A stretch of 60,000 bases of DNA from Botryllus schlosseri (taxonomy: Eukaryota), in contig CM119372.1 of the NCBI GenBank assembly GCA_051294905.1, forward strand, positions 30,196,001-30,256,000. Direction: 5' to 3'. Made by a program: the position numbers and the translations under genes. The notes under the pieces were generated by a model. That model was not told where the DNA came from. It saw only the letters and a program-made list of their open reading frames with translations, and ran no database searches. Below, one piece after another: positions 49,012 through 60,000 of the stretch; within the stretch, counting starts at the first letter, position 1; the number at the start of each line of letters is the position of its first letter.

Positions 49012-52000
49012 TCATCTTTTTGTAGACTCTATCATCCATTCCACACCGGCTGACAACCTGGGAATTGACAACAAAAAAGCGTGAATACATGACACTGGGA
49101 AATGGGGTATTTTCAAGGAGTAGGATTCCTCCATCTAAATCTAACCATGACAGCAAAAAGTGTGAAAGAGTGCAGACGATATCGTGGGCGGGGTGAATTA
49201 AGGCAAGCACCCGCTATCAATATCTCAACAGCCTATTTTTTTCACGCATGGATCCTTTTCCCAAAAAAACAAGCCTTTCAGATATAATGTTAAAATGGTG
49301 CTAACGATCTGCGATAGTGAACTTCGCAAGCAATTAGACGGAGTTCAAACAAGATTTTTGTTCTGCACAGCTCTGATAGACTGCACATTGCACAATGGTT
49401 GTTTGGAGATCACCCTATCTGTTCATAACATCGCATTGTATGTTGTGTGTCTTTAGTGGCTGGAAAGAATAGAACAACTGATTAATTTGTTTATTATCAT
49501 TAATGCTAGAATATAATTTTTACAATGCAGATGTCAATCTACACTGCACCAGTTCACTAATCTCTAAGCCCATGGTTCTATTCAGACGCAGAGGTCAATT
49601 GGCCATCACATGTACCACTCCTATTTGGGTACTTGACATTTTCAAAATTGCAATTACAGGGATAATCTTATAACTTCAGGGAGCTCACACAGAGAAAACT
49701 ACATGGGCAGAATAAAAAGCCTTTATTGTTCAAATGTAATCGTTTCACGCCCCAGATGCCACCAAACAGCGCATTCGTGTTTCGTTCGGTCTTCATGCCT
49801 GTTGTTCATTGTGTGGTGTGTACCGTCCAGTGTAACACTCAACATACACGATAAATATCCGACTACTTTGACACGATTTGAGCACACAAGTCATCAACAT
49901 TATCCCCAATGACCTCCCTCCAGGGAACAACACATACCACAAAAGAAGCCCCCATTCAGGTCGACTCACCCGTTTCCTGTTAACGCGCAACAAGTCTGTA
50001 TGTGCCACGCATGATCTTTCACCGAAGTTAGATTGAGTTGCTGTGATATTTCCGCAGCGCTCATACAGCCTTTTACGTCTTGTTTATTGGCATAGACTAA
50101 AAGTCTGGCTTTGCGTAAATCCTAAAACAACAAAAAAATAGCGCAGATAATAGCGGTGCAATATGTAGGCTACATGTGCATATATAGTAGCATGAAAAGT
50201 TGAAAATTGTCATAATGATACCATATTATGATGTGCTGCACTCCTGCACAGCTTAATAATTTTGATTAAAGGCTTGTGACAAATGAATCACTATTCACTA
50301 CAGAAACAATACTTTCGATACCACAGTATTGAATATGCGGAGTTTTATTACTAAGCATGACAAATATCAGATGGCATAAGGCAAATTATATGATTCATGT
50401 GATATCACAGAGATGTAGCCTAAATGTAGGCAAAAACACTTGGCAAATGACGTAATGATTTTTATATTACATTGCGTTTTTGAAGATTTCACTGGGAGAA
50501 ACGCTCTCTCCAATACTAACACCCAATTACGACCAAGATAGATAAACATCATAAAATGTAGTGTTGAAGGAATATTTTCTCAATTTGGTAATGGCAAATA
50601 ATAAATAAAGCAGCATCTGGAAATGCCATGATAAGTCTATGCATCATGCACGATCTAAAATTTGTAGAGTACCGTATTCCAAGTCTGGCTTAATCATGGC
50701 ACTTTGTTCTTGCTGACAAGTGCTTTTGATCTTATTTGCTTCCTCGCAAGTAATAACATCTCTATGATCTCGCTAAACTAGGACAATACTTTCATGCACT
50801 TATTTCTTTCTACCGAAACCCGTGTTTGCACGCATAATTATGATTACATTCCAATACTGGTGTATGTGGTGCAGCCAAGGAGCAAATTTCCTACAGCAGT
50901 TTACAATAATATTATTTATTGCTCCTCTTGCTCGCCTGGAAATGAGTGTGAAATTTCACTAGGATTTTGATCACATTTGGATTGCCAAGATCTTGTAAAG
51001 ATGAATTTGGTCGTGAAATATTAATAAGGCACAATTCTTACGCAGTATGAATAAAATTACTGCCATTACAGACACTACCAGATATGGAATTGGGTTTGAA
51101 TTGCAAATCCAGAACAGTAGATGGATTTAAAAAATTTCGAATTCGCTCATCGCAGCGAGTGGTATGTTACTGCGCGCATTACAACTTGAGCCATCTAGCA
51201 TTTAGCATACAAATACGGCTTCAAATGACTGAACCCCCCGTGACAAACATGAAAGGTCTAATTTCATAAACTCTTCAACCGCTGGCCTAAATTCACAAGG
51301 CAATATCCAATGAGCTGACTCACATCATTCTGAAGCATTTCGTGCAATTCCTTCTTCGAAATATGCAATCTTTCCCGGTCTGTACTATCGATGACTAATA
51401 TCACAAACTGAAAAGCAAAAAGTCTCAAACGATTGCATATTGATTATCCCAGGAAATCCTTCTTACATCGGAATTCGTGTAGTACGTACTCCACGATGAC
51501 CGGAGGGATTCTTGTCCGCCGATATCCCACATGACAAATTTGGTTTTGTCTACTACGATTTCTTCCACATTGCTACCGATCGTAGGCGAAGTGTGGACGA
51601 CCTCGCTCATTAAGCTGAAAACAACAACCCGATCGATGTATATATTTATAGCGGAGTGGTCTCAAGTAGCGATGGAATTTTGAGCATTGATTCTAGTGAT
51701 TCGAGTATAGTACAAGACGATTTTTCGAGTACTGAAATTATACGCTCCTTGTCACTCAAAATTAATTCATCAACGAGAATTGTAGTTTTGATGCAATTTT
51801 TCACTGTGGAAGACTAGAAACCCCGATTGGCCGTATCGCAGCATACGAAACATGCAGTACAAAGCTACTGAAAATAACATATTTCAATCCACGGCATTGT
51901 CACAAAGTGCAATGAAATCGGTACGGTCGAAAAATTACCAAAGTGTCTTTATTGTGATGGAGAACAGGCATTATATTCTACATGAAAGCATAAAAAGTAC

Positions 52001-54284
52001 ATACGCGAACTTTGACGTCTTATAGACTGTTAATATGTCATGAGTGATACTCGAATACTCGACTCAGACTCGATTTTGCCTGACCTAATCACTAGTCATT
52101 AATAATAACAGGGTGACAAAACGGTTGCCAGTGAACCCGTCCCTCGGTGAACCCGTCCCGTGAACCCGTCCCTCGGTGAACCCGTCCCTCGGTGAACCCG
52201 GCCCTCGATGAACTCGGCCGTCGGTGAATTCCGCCCTCAGGAAATTTTGAAATTAAGTGTATTAACAAGTATTATATGAAATATTAAACTAATAATGTTA
52301 TTATCAACTGATTTGTCGATCTTGTAAGGAGGTCAGGGCATGCGTAGATCACGCAGTCACGGAGTGATCAGATCACGTGATCACGATTGCGTGGTCGGCT
52401 CATTGTTGAATTGACTTGGCGAGGGGCGAACGTGCGACGTTCGACATCCTCGTATCTTTTCATGACATCGCATTGGGTCTTATCGCATTGCATATTGTGT
52501 GTGACTTGTTCAGATGAAAAATATATCCCAACGATTGTTATTGCTCACATATCAACCACGCGTGGTCTGCTCGTTATTGCAACTGTAGGTTGAGGTGGGG
52601 TGTTAGGGTTGGGTAGGGTAGGGGGGGGGGACATTAGGGTTCGGGGAGTGGGACATTGGGTTCGGGTAGGATATTAGGGTTAGGGGAGGGGGATATTAGG
52701 GTTGGTGGAGGTGGGATATTAGGGTTAGGGTTAGGATATTAGGGTTGCCGGAGGTGGGATATTAGGGTTAGGGTTAGGATATTAGGGTTGCCGGAGGTGG
52801 GATATTAGGGTTAGGATATTAGGGTTGCCGGAGGGGGGATATTAGGGTTGCCGGAGGTGGGATATTAGGGTTGGGGAGGGGGGATATTAGGGTTGGTGGA
52901 GGTGGGATATTAGGGTTGGGGGAGGTGGGATATTAGGGTTGCCGGGGGTGGGATATTAGGGTTGGGGGAGGGGGATATTAGGGTTGCCGGAGGTGCCGAG
53001 TTCATCGAGGGCCGGGTTCACCGAGGGACGGGTTCACCGAGGGACGGGTTCACCGAGGGACGGGTTCACGGGACGGGTTCACCGAGGGACGGGTTCACTG
53101 GTAATCGACAAAACAACAAGCAAGTATTTAGAAAGAAATTTGAACAAGCAACTAATTGAGACAAGCTTGAAAACGAAATATGTGCAATCTCTATAAACAA
53201 AAATAGTCTACTTTTAAAGCCTTGTTACATAACACGTATTAACACACTGATGATTTTAAATGCATACAATGCGAGCTGCCAGTCATAACAGTTTAATATC
53301 TAAATATGAGGCAATTCAATGACATACACTGACAATTTATCGCTGTTCTGTTCACGGCTTTCAAATGAGTCTACATTCACAGTTGCATCATGACTACAAA
53401 ACAATATTAACCGAAGGCTAGTGACAATATTAGCAGACTTGAGTAATTTTACAGATCTTGTCAGGATTATCATTCAAGAAAACTGGACCAAACAAACAGA
53501 CTTGTTTATTATTGTATGAATTGAGAAAAACAAACAGAGATTTAGTGAGGAGCATAGTATATTTATCATCATTTTTTGTCGTCCGATCAAAATGTGAAAG
53601 ATCCAAAAGAATGTGAACGTTTACTTCATATCCATCACAAAAATCATACCGAATTGTAATCCAAATCATAGATTTTTTATATTTTTTTCAATTACACAGT
53701 TTGCTACAAACTGAGACAAATAGCTGACTTTGAGATATTGCAGAAAAATATTGTTTCCATTTCCATTGATCACCCTAAAAATCTAAAATTATGTAGCCTT
53801 TTTTGATTTTTTTTTGTCACCATAAACAATCAATTAGATATTAATACTAAGCAGTTTGTGTAAGCCCATTTTTGAGCTAACAATGACGGCATCTAGGCCT
53901 ACAGTAAAAAAAAACTGGCAGAACACCAGGGCAGAGATGAGAGTAGGCTATACTCGGTTGGCAAATGAAATCTAATCACTGACAGCGTAAAGCAAAGCAT
54001 CAGTAAATAAACTTCCATAGTCAATAGAGTAAAACATAAAAGCTCAACTTACTACTGGTACAAAATGGTAGTTTTTCCAGCATTATCCAATCCAACAATG
54101 ATGACTTTATGCTCTAAAAATAATAATGACAATGAGCAACATTACCATGCAAAATCATTATCAAAACGAGATACGCGAGTCAACGGAGCCAGAGAGATAT
54201 TGTAAATCGCAAATGCGTTATAATATCAGAAAACTTACCCTCGTTGCTGAACAATCTCATAAGCTTCGTCAAAAGGAAGCCCAT
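49012..54284 (-). CDS. ARL5: ADP-ribosylation factor-like GTPase 5, 6 coding exons, 178 aa
   Basis: complement(join(49012-49057,49970-50121,51324-51407,51467-51614,54053-54113,54239-54284)) = 537 nt, GT-AG and phase-consistent. MGFLLTKL (myristoylation Gly2), [49 protein letters not shown]. Confidence 0.95.
52122..53107. mobile_element. Unclassified MITE with long repeat-built TIRs, 6-bp TSD and TTAGGG-rich minisatellite
   Basis: TIRs of roughly 100 bp built from GTGAACCCGTCCCTCG units; TSD ACAAAA (52116-52121, 53108-53113). Confidence 0.8.
52595..52995 (+). repeat. G-rich telomere-like minisatellite
   Basis: Units of about 22 bp, GGATATTAGGGTT(GCCG/GGG/GGTG)GAGGTG, with runs such as TTAGGGTTAGGGTTAGG. 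Confidence 0.9.
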
Positions 54285-54771
54285 GATGAGCTCGGCCCTA
54301 GGGGAGATACCGGGTCGGGTACCAGCAACGATACCGATGGAAATATATTTTTGTCCCCTTAATACCTTTAACAAATCAGTCCTATCGTATTAGTTCTAGA
54401 AAGAACTTATTACATCAAGATCGCTGTGAGACGCGAGCCACAAACTAACTGACGTAGAGATCAAACATTCCGAACTTTATTCTACTCAAAAGCAAATTCC
54501 AAATTTTGACCTAAGTTATATATTATAAACGGAAATACTACTTTACCCCTGATGACGGCAGAGGTACCATAGTTGTTTACAGCAGAGATGAGCCGGTCTA
54601 AGGTTCATCTGGCCTCCTCTTCCCCCGCCGTCGCCGTTCTTACGGCGATTAAAAAAGCCCAGAAAAAGACCCGACGAAAGAAAGCACTCACAAGGAATGG
54701 AAAGACCTAGAAAGGGCCGCGGCTTTAAAAGATCAACATCGAAAAGAACTGTTACATCGGGCACTCTAGGC

Positions 54772-55362
54772 CAGGGTTGTCATGACGCGAGTCATGACTT
54801 GACTCGAGTCCGACTCGAGTTTCGATTTTTTAATGACTCGACTTGACTCGAGTCATTTTTTCAAAATACGGAAATGACTCGACTCGACTCGAGTCAATCT
54901 GTGTATTGACTCGACTTGGACTCGAGTCATTGCGCATGACTCGAACCAAGTCAGACTCGAGACTCAGACGGCCAAATCCGACATTTCAGTGTAATTCCGA
55001 AGCCAACACACTATTAGGATTTCGTCTGTTGGTACTGGTACTTGAATATGCAAGCAGAAACTGCTAAAAGTGAGGAAAATTGGTATATTATAAATGCGAA
55101 ACATCCGATATCACCAAACAGAGTTGTAAAAAGTGAGTTTACCAATACTTTAACTGGAAACTGCGCAGTCTATACAGTGACCAGTCTATATGGACTCGGA
55201 CTCGAGTCATAATTCCATGACTCGGACTCGACCCTCTGCTCGCTGACTTGGACTCGGACTTGACTTGGTGGTGAATTGAAATGACTCGACTTGACTCGAG
55301 TCAAAACTATAAAAGTGAGATTGACTTGCGACTCGGAGCCTTGTGACTTGGTTACAACCCTG
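54772..55362. mobile_element. GACTC-array hAT MITE about 490 bp upstream of the ARL5 ATG
   Basis: CAGGGTTGT...ACAACCCTG; perfect TSD CTCTAGGC (54764-54771, 55363-55370); inserted in a repeat whose uninterrupted homolog is at about 5340-5545. Confidence 0.92.
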
Positions 55363-55790
55363 CTCTAGGCCGAGTGTGGGATGTCAGTCTAAAAAGGATC
55401 GCAACTGCGTGTCGTTCGATATCCTCCTATCTGTTCATTACATCGCATTGTTTCTTATCGCATTGTACAGTGAGTGTAACTTGTTCAGATAAAAAATTAT
55501 AACCCAACGATTATTGATGGATTAGGATTAGGATTAGGATTAGGATTTCGGAAAACCGGATTTGTGAAATTTTGACGGATTTGGATTGGATTAGGATTTG
55601 AGATTTGAGATTTTTTTTCTTCAATAGATTAGGATTAGGATTAGATTTAATGATTCAATCAATCTGTTTTAATTTTTTATCATTTCAAAACACCACAAAC
55701 TGCGATACAATGAAAAGATAGGAAGGTGTCGAAACGACTTGGAGTAGTCCTTCGGATCGGACACACACCTTGGCCTAGGGCCCAATAGGC

Positions 55791-56610
55791 CAGTGGTTCC
55801 CAACGTGGGCGATATCGTTCCCCAGGGTGCGATTTGGCCCTCTAGGGGGGCGAAAATAACGAAGGGGGCGATAAGGGGGCGAAAACAGACGAAGGGGGCG
55901 ATAGGGGGCGAAAACAACGGGGGGGGCGATGGCGCGTTAAAACGGCTATATATGGAGTCAGGACCGTAACTGCCGCACCTCAAACCCCCCAATTGGGGGT
56001 GGAGCGAACTCGAAGGGGCCCAAAATTATTTCGTGAATTAACGTAAATTATAGAGTAATTTTTCAGAAATTCATGCAACTTTTTCAAAAAATTTTCGCAC
56101 TGCGCGCGATTCAATATTGTCATATATCTTGCTTAGGGGTACCCTTCCCCAAACAAAAATACGAATGATTTATGGAAATGGAGACTTCGGCGTCGGCGAT
56201 TACTGCGCCACGACATATGAAGTTATAGGCTATGTAACATACGACTCCGAGAAGCATGCCAGAACGATCAGCAGCGAGAAGACCTTCGCCGAAAAGGAAT
56301 GCCCCTGTGCTGACCGAAAACTTCGATATATATACATTATGTTTAATTGTTTATAGGCGCCTCAATGGCTGGCGTCGAATGTTCCTGTCCTGGCGATCCG
56401 AACCCTACAGGACACATGCCATCCCGCAGAGAAAAATTATTTGCAGTTAAGAAATACCAATTTGAAATCATGTCCGTCTTTTAGTTTGGTATGTTTTAGC
56501 GATTTCCATATATTTTGGCATAGCAGATATAGGAGATCACGAAAAATCACCATGCAACGAAGGCAATATAACAACGGGTCCGCCCGAAGATGTTCAATTA
56601 TTATTTAGGG
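55791..56610. mobile_element. Charlie-type MITE (reverse copy related to 42644-43613), truncated
   Basis: Starts CAGTGGTTCCCAACGTGGGCG; reverse complement of about 43023-43613 with extra internal sequence. Confidence 0.8.
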
Positions 56611-56930
56611 CAGGGGTCGCCAACTCAAAATGGGTCGCGGGCCACTTTTCAAACTTCGTGGCGGCCGCGGGCCGCATGAATTCGATACCGGTATAAACTA
56701 GGCAACCACGTTTTTAAACTGTACGCAGTACAACGCCGTGCTACCTAGCATAGGCAATGGCATAGTGACCACAAAATAAGTAACATTTTATGAAAGAAAT
56801 ACAAATACAACAAAAAATCACTATCATCAATTTCATTATATTTTAAACTCTACGCTGTGCACGATACGTCGAAACGCTTTTCAGCGACTAAGGAATCGAT
56901 ATCGTGGCTAGCGAGATACGTTATACTAGC
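56611..56930 (-). mobile_element. Charlie/Buster-type hAT 3' end
   Basis: TIR CAGGGGTCGCCAAC with GCGGGCCG motifs; minus-strand ...HDIDSLVAEKRFDVSCTA* resembles the C-terminus of Buster/GTF2IRD2-type transposases. Confidence 0.55.
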
Positions 56931-57062
56931 TGGGAGACCATCTCCTCGTAAAGCTTGATCTTGTGGGGAAGCCTTAACCCTTTTGAAGTCTGTGTCTATA
57001 TGTAGACCTGGAGCTCAAGCCCAAGCGTCGGTAGACTTTTATCTGTAAGTTTTCCGTATGTA

Positions 57063-58016
57063 GGGGAGATGTGGTACCGATGGATCAAAAATTGGAAAAT
57101 GATCGCTGACCCCAAAATGTTCAGCCGAAAACAGCAGATCTTTTGCTGGCTCAGCACTTTGATACAAGCTCTAACTATCGCGCATGAAAATCCACCTTTT
57201 CAAAAAATATTTATGGACGTTCAAAATTTGTTGCTCGAACGTGTCATTGGTCCCCACCCGGTGGGTCCAATGGCACACGACCCGGGGACCTATGACACAT
57301 ATGCCCAAAAAAACTCAGATGTGACTAGTTTTCTGGCTCAGTATTATAATCTAAGCTACAGCAAGCCAAAGAAGAATGTTTGATCGCAACCGTCGAAAAA
57401 TGGAATAAATATTAACTCAAATGTTGTCATAAAATCACGTTTCGATTTAGGCTCGGACTTATAAATTTGAGGGTACATACATATTGCCCGAAAATCGACA
57501 GTGTGACTTCCAAATACCTCGTTATAGCGATAAAACATCATATGCAATTATTACATAAAGATTTTCTGTACGTAGGCAAGTTTCATTTGTTTCATGATTA
57601 GTATGCTTGATTATTTTGCTTGATTTGGCTATTGTATCATCGGCCCCCACCCTACGAAATTTATACATGAATCGCAAAAAATTCCACTCAAGGAAAGTAC
57701 TGAAAAAAATAGTAGGTGTCATTAAATAGCCTGATACAAGCCCTACACTTCACAATAAAAATGATTGCTGGTTTGTTCGTGTTAAAGGTTACAAAGAAAA
57801 ATGCATATGTCGATCTAAATGTACTTTACACCCCCCAAAACAAAAAACATCTGTGAGAGACCCCATAGCTCGCGCACGTCGAATTTTTTTGTATGTAAGG
57901 AAAGATTTTGCCAGCATGCAATTGTAGACAAGTTCACGGAGTGTGACCATGGAATTATCATAGAGAATTTTCAGAGTATTTTCGGTCCCAGTGATCCATC
58001 GGTACCACATCTCCCC
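57063..58016. mobile_element. Tc1/mariner-superfamily (pogo-like) non-autonomous element
   Basis: TA|GGGGAGATGTGGTACCGATGGATCA...TGATCCATCGGTACCACATCTCCCC|TA, perfect 25-bp TIR. Confidence 0.85.
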
Positions 58017-58127
58017 TATACGTGCTAGTTGGCCAGGGTTAGTTTTTATTGAAAGTCAGCAGTCTTCTAATCTATTTATCATAATATTTGTAGGTATTAG
58101 TCAGATAACTTCTGTTCACAAACATTT

Positions 58128-58552
58128 ATCATCATCATCATCATTGGTTTTATTAGCAATTTTATCAGTTCAATACACCACAAAAATGCGATACAATGAA
58201 AAGACAGGAAGATGTCGAAGCGACAAGGAGTAGTCTATGGAATCTGACACCCACCTTGGCCTAGGCGATGTAAAGAGGAGGCATGCACACTGAATGAAAG
58301 TAAAGAAGATAGTATAGAAAAAAGAATGCGACAAGAAATAGGGCGGCATGTCATGGGAAGCGAGATCGATAGGTCAGTCGTGGTCCGGTAATCTTGAGGA
58401 TGGACTGTATTTATTTAGTAGTAATTGCTTGTATTTCGACTTGAATGTGGACATGCTCGTCGACTGTCGGATGGCCGGCGGGATACTGTTCCACACATCA
58501 GGTCCGGCATATTTGATGGAGCGATGATCTTTTCGGTCGATCATATGATATT
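58128..58552 (-). mobile_element. 5'-truncated CR1/L2-group LINE
   Basis: Near-identical to 24220-24642. Confidence 0.85.
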
Positions 58553-59123
58553 TATAAGTGCGGTAATCGTTCATGAGTATCGCATTAGTATATTTCGGCA
58601 GATTGTCTGGATAGATATGCCGACTGATCTCGCTATATCTTAGTTTGTGTAGGTGTAACACATGTCCCATGGGATTATATGAAAAGATTGGGATCCCCTG
58701 ATTTATTTGAAACCAAAATCATATGTACACGCCATGGACTTCACGAATACTACAGATTTTACGACAGGCGATCAAGGAAGCAATTTGTAAAGGCCGGCCA
58801 ATTTATGTTGTTTTCAGTATAACAATGGCGCAAGTACCTTGGATAGGAGTGTCATTAGAGTGGATGTTGTTTTGTCTCTACGATTCAACACTCCGTCAAT
58901 GCTTTCTGTTCTATCACCAAAAAGTCTAATTTGATTCTTGACTTGAACACGAATCCTGTTATGTTATGAACATTTCATTTTGTGAGCATCATGTATGTAC
59001 ATAGTTTTTTGGCAATACATTCAAATTTTGTTCATATCTGTTTTATGATTTGTTCCCAATGACTATGTTGCTGCAGGAAAGCTAGCAGTCGGCATTGCGT
59101 AGGCATCGCGTAATCACTATTAC

Positions 59124-59713
59124 TATAGAAATTAAACATGGAACGGCAACGACCGATTTTGCAGCTTCGTTCCGCTTCGCCGAGGCTGGAGTGGAGAGTG
59201 GTTTTGCGTAAGCGACTGTAGGATTTCTGGCAATCCAAAAGCTATCTTCCCGAGCACAGAAATTATTGAATATGGTCTTGATCGAAAGCCACTGCTGCAT
59301 CTATTCCGAAAATATAAAGTAAAATAATGATCAGGCACTGATCCACCTAGAATCCGTCCTCCAAGTCGAAATATCGGCATTGTTCGAACAATCGGAGAGT
59401 CGCAACGGGTCATTGTTATGGTCATTGTGTTGCGGTCACCCGATTGTTCTGAACAATGCCAATATTTCAGACTTGGAGGACAGATCCTAGGTGGATCAGT
59501 GCCTGATCATTATTTAAATTTATATTTTCGGAATCAGTGCAACAGTAGCTTTCGATCAAGACCAGATTCAATAATTTCTGCGCTCGGGAAGCTAGCTTTT
59601 GGATCGCCAGAAATCCTACAGTCGCTTATGCAAAACAATTCTCCACTCCAGCCCCTGCGAAGCGGAACGAAGCTGCAAAATCGGTCGTTGCCGTTCCATG
59701 TTTAATTTCTATA
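59124..59713. mobile_element. Foldback element (arms about 283 bp, spacer about 22 bp) with 7-bp TSD
   Basis: TATAGAAATTAAACATGG...CCATGTTTAATTTCTATA; TSD CTATTAC (59117-59123, 59714-59720). Confidence 0.88.
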
Positions 59714-60000
59714 CTATTACAAGCCGTGTTCACTCAGCCGTGATTACTCGGCATCGCATCGCGATATCAGGCCTACCGAAATTCTGGAAACTGAGGTCAT
59801 AATTTCACACACTATTATGAGGCGAATAACGGTAAAGAGATCATTGATGCTTTGTTGAGAAGAGAAGATCATTATCTTTTCAAGTAGCAACATGTTTGAT
59901 GCCGCAGAACAGTTTATCAGGGTTCATCCGCAGTTATAACAACAGAATTACTGAGGAAAACTGAATATTTTCGCCTTCAACAGCCCCTAGCCCTACGATA

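Noticed and set aside
52130..52220. Short regularly spaced repeats that superficially resemble a CRISPR array
   Set aside because: No unique spacers, mirrored at 52996-53100 as a TIR, eukaryotic intron context.
52595..52995. Possible true telomere or fusion scar
   Set aside because: Degenerate 22-bp units enclosed by TIRs and a TSD inside an intact gene.

Overview
Eukaryotic (animal) genomic DNA with GT-AG introns and very dense DNA-transposon content; it looks like a marine invertebrate, possibly an ascidian, but the organism cannot be confirmed from sequence alone. Three intact protein-coding genes can be reconstructed by hand: an intronless UNC93A-like MFS transporter (18295-19857, minus), an 11-exon cytoplasmic dynein-1 light intermediate chain (25949-40403, plus, 455 aa) and a convergent 6-exon ARL5 GTPase (49012-54284, minus, 178 aa). 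A three-exon discoidin (F5/8 type C) domain at 3707-6334 is broken by a nonsense codon and a frameshift. The rest is mostly non-autonomous hAT, pogo/Tc1, Chapaev3-like, Harbinger-like and P-like elements plus 5'-truncated LINE tails, many with verifiable TIRs and target-site duplications. Highlights: an 11.7-kb nested transposon stack (6528-18264) holding a decayed intron-containing THAP/P-element transposase with a second THAP copy; a 590-bp foldback element with a 7-bp Galileo-like TSD; a TTAGGG-rich MITE with a 6-bp TSD in an ARL5 intron; and repeated hAT insertions at one site of a LINE tail. No rRNA, true tRNA or CRISPR array was seen, and I found no clearly novel protein system.
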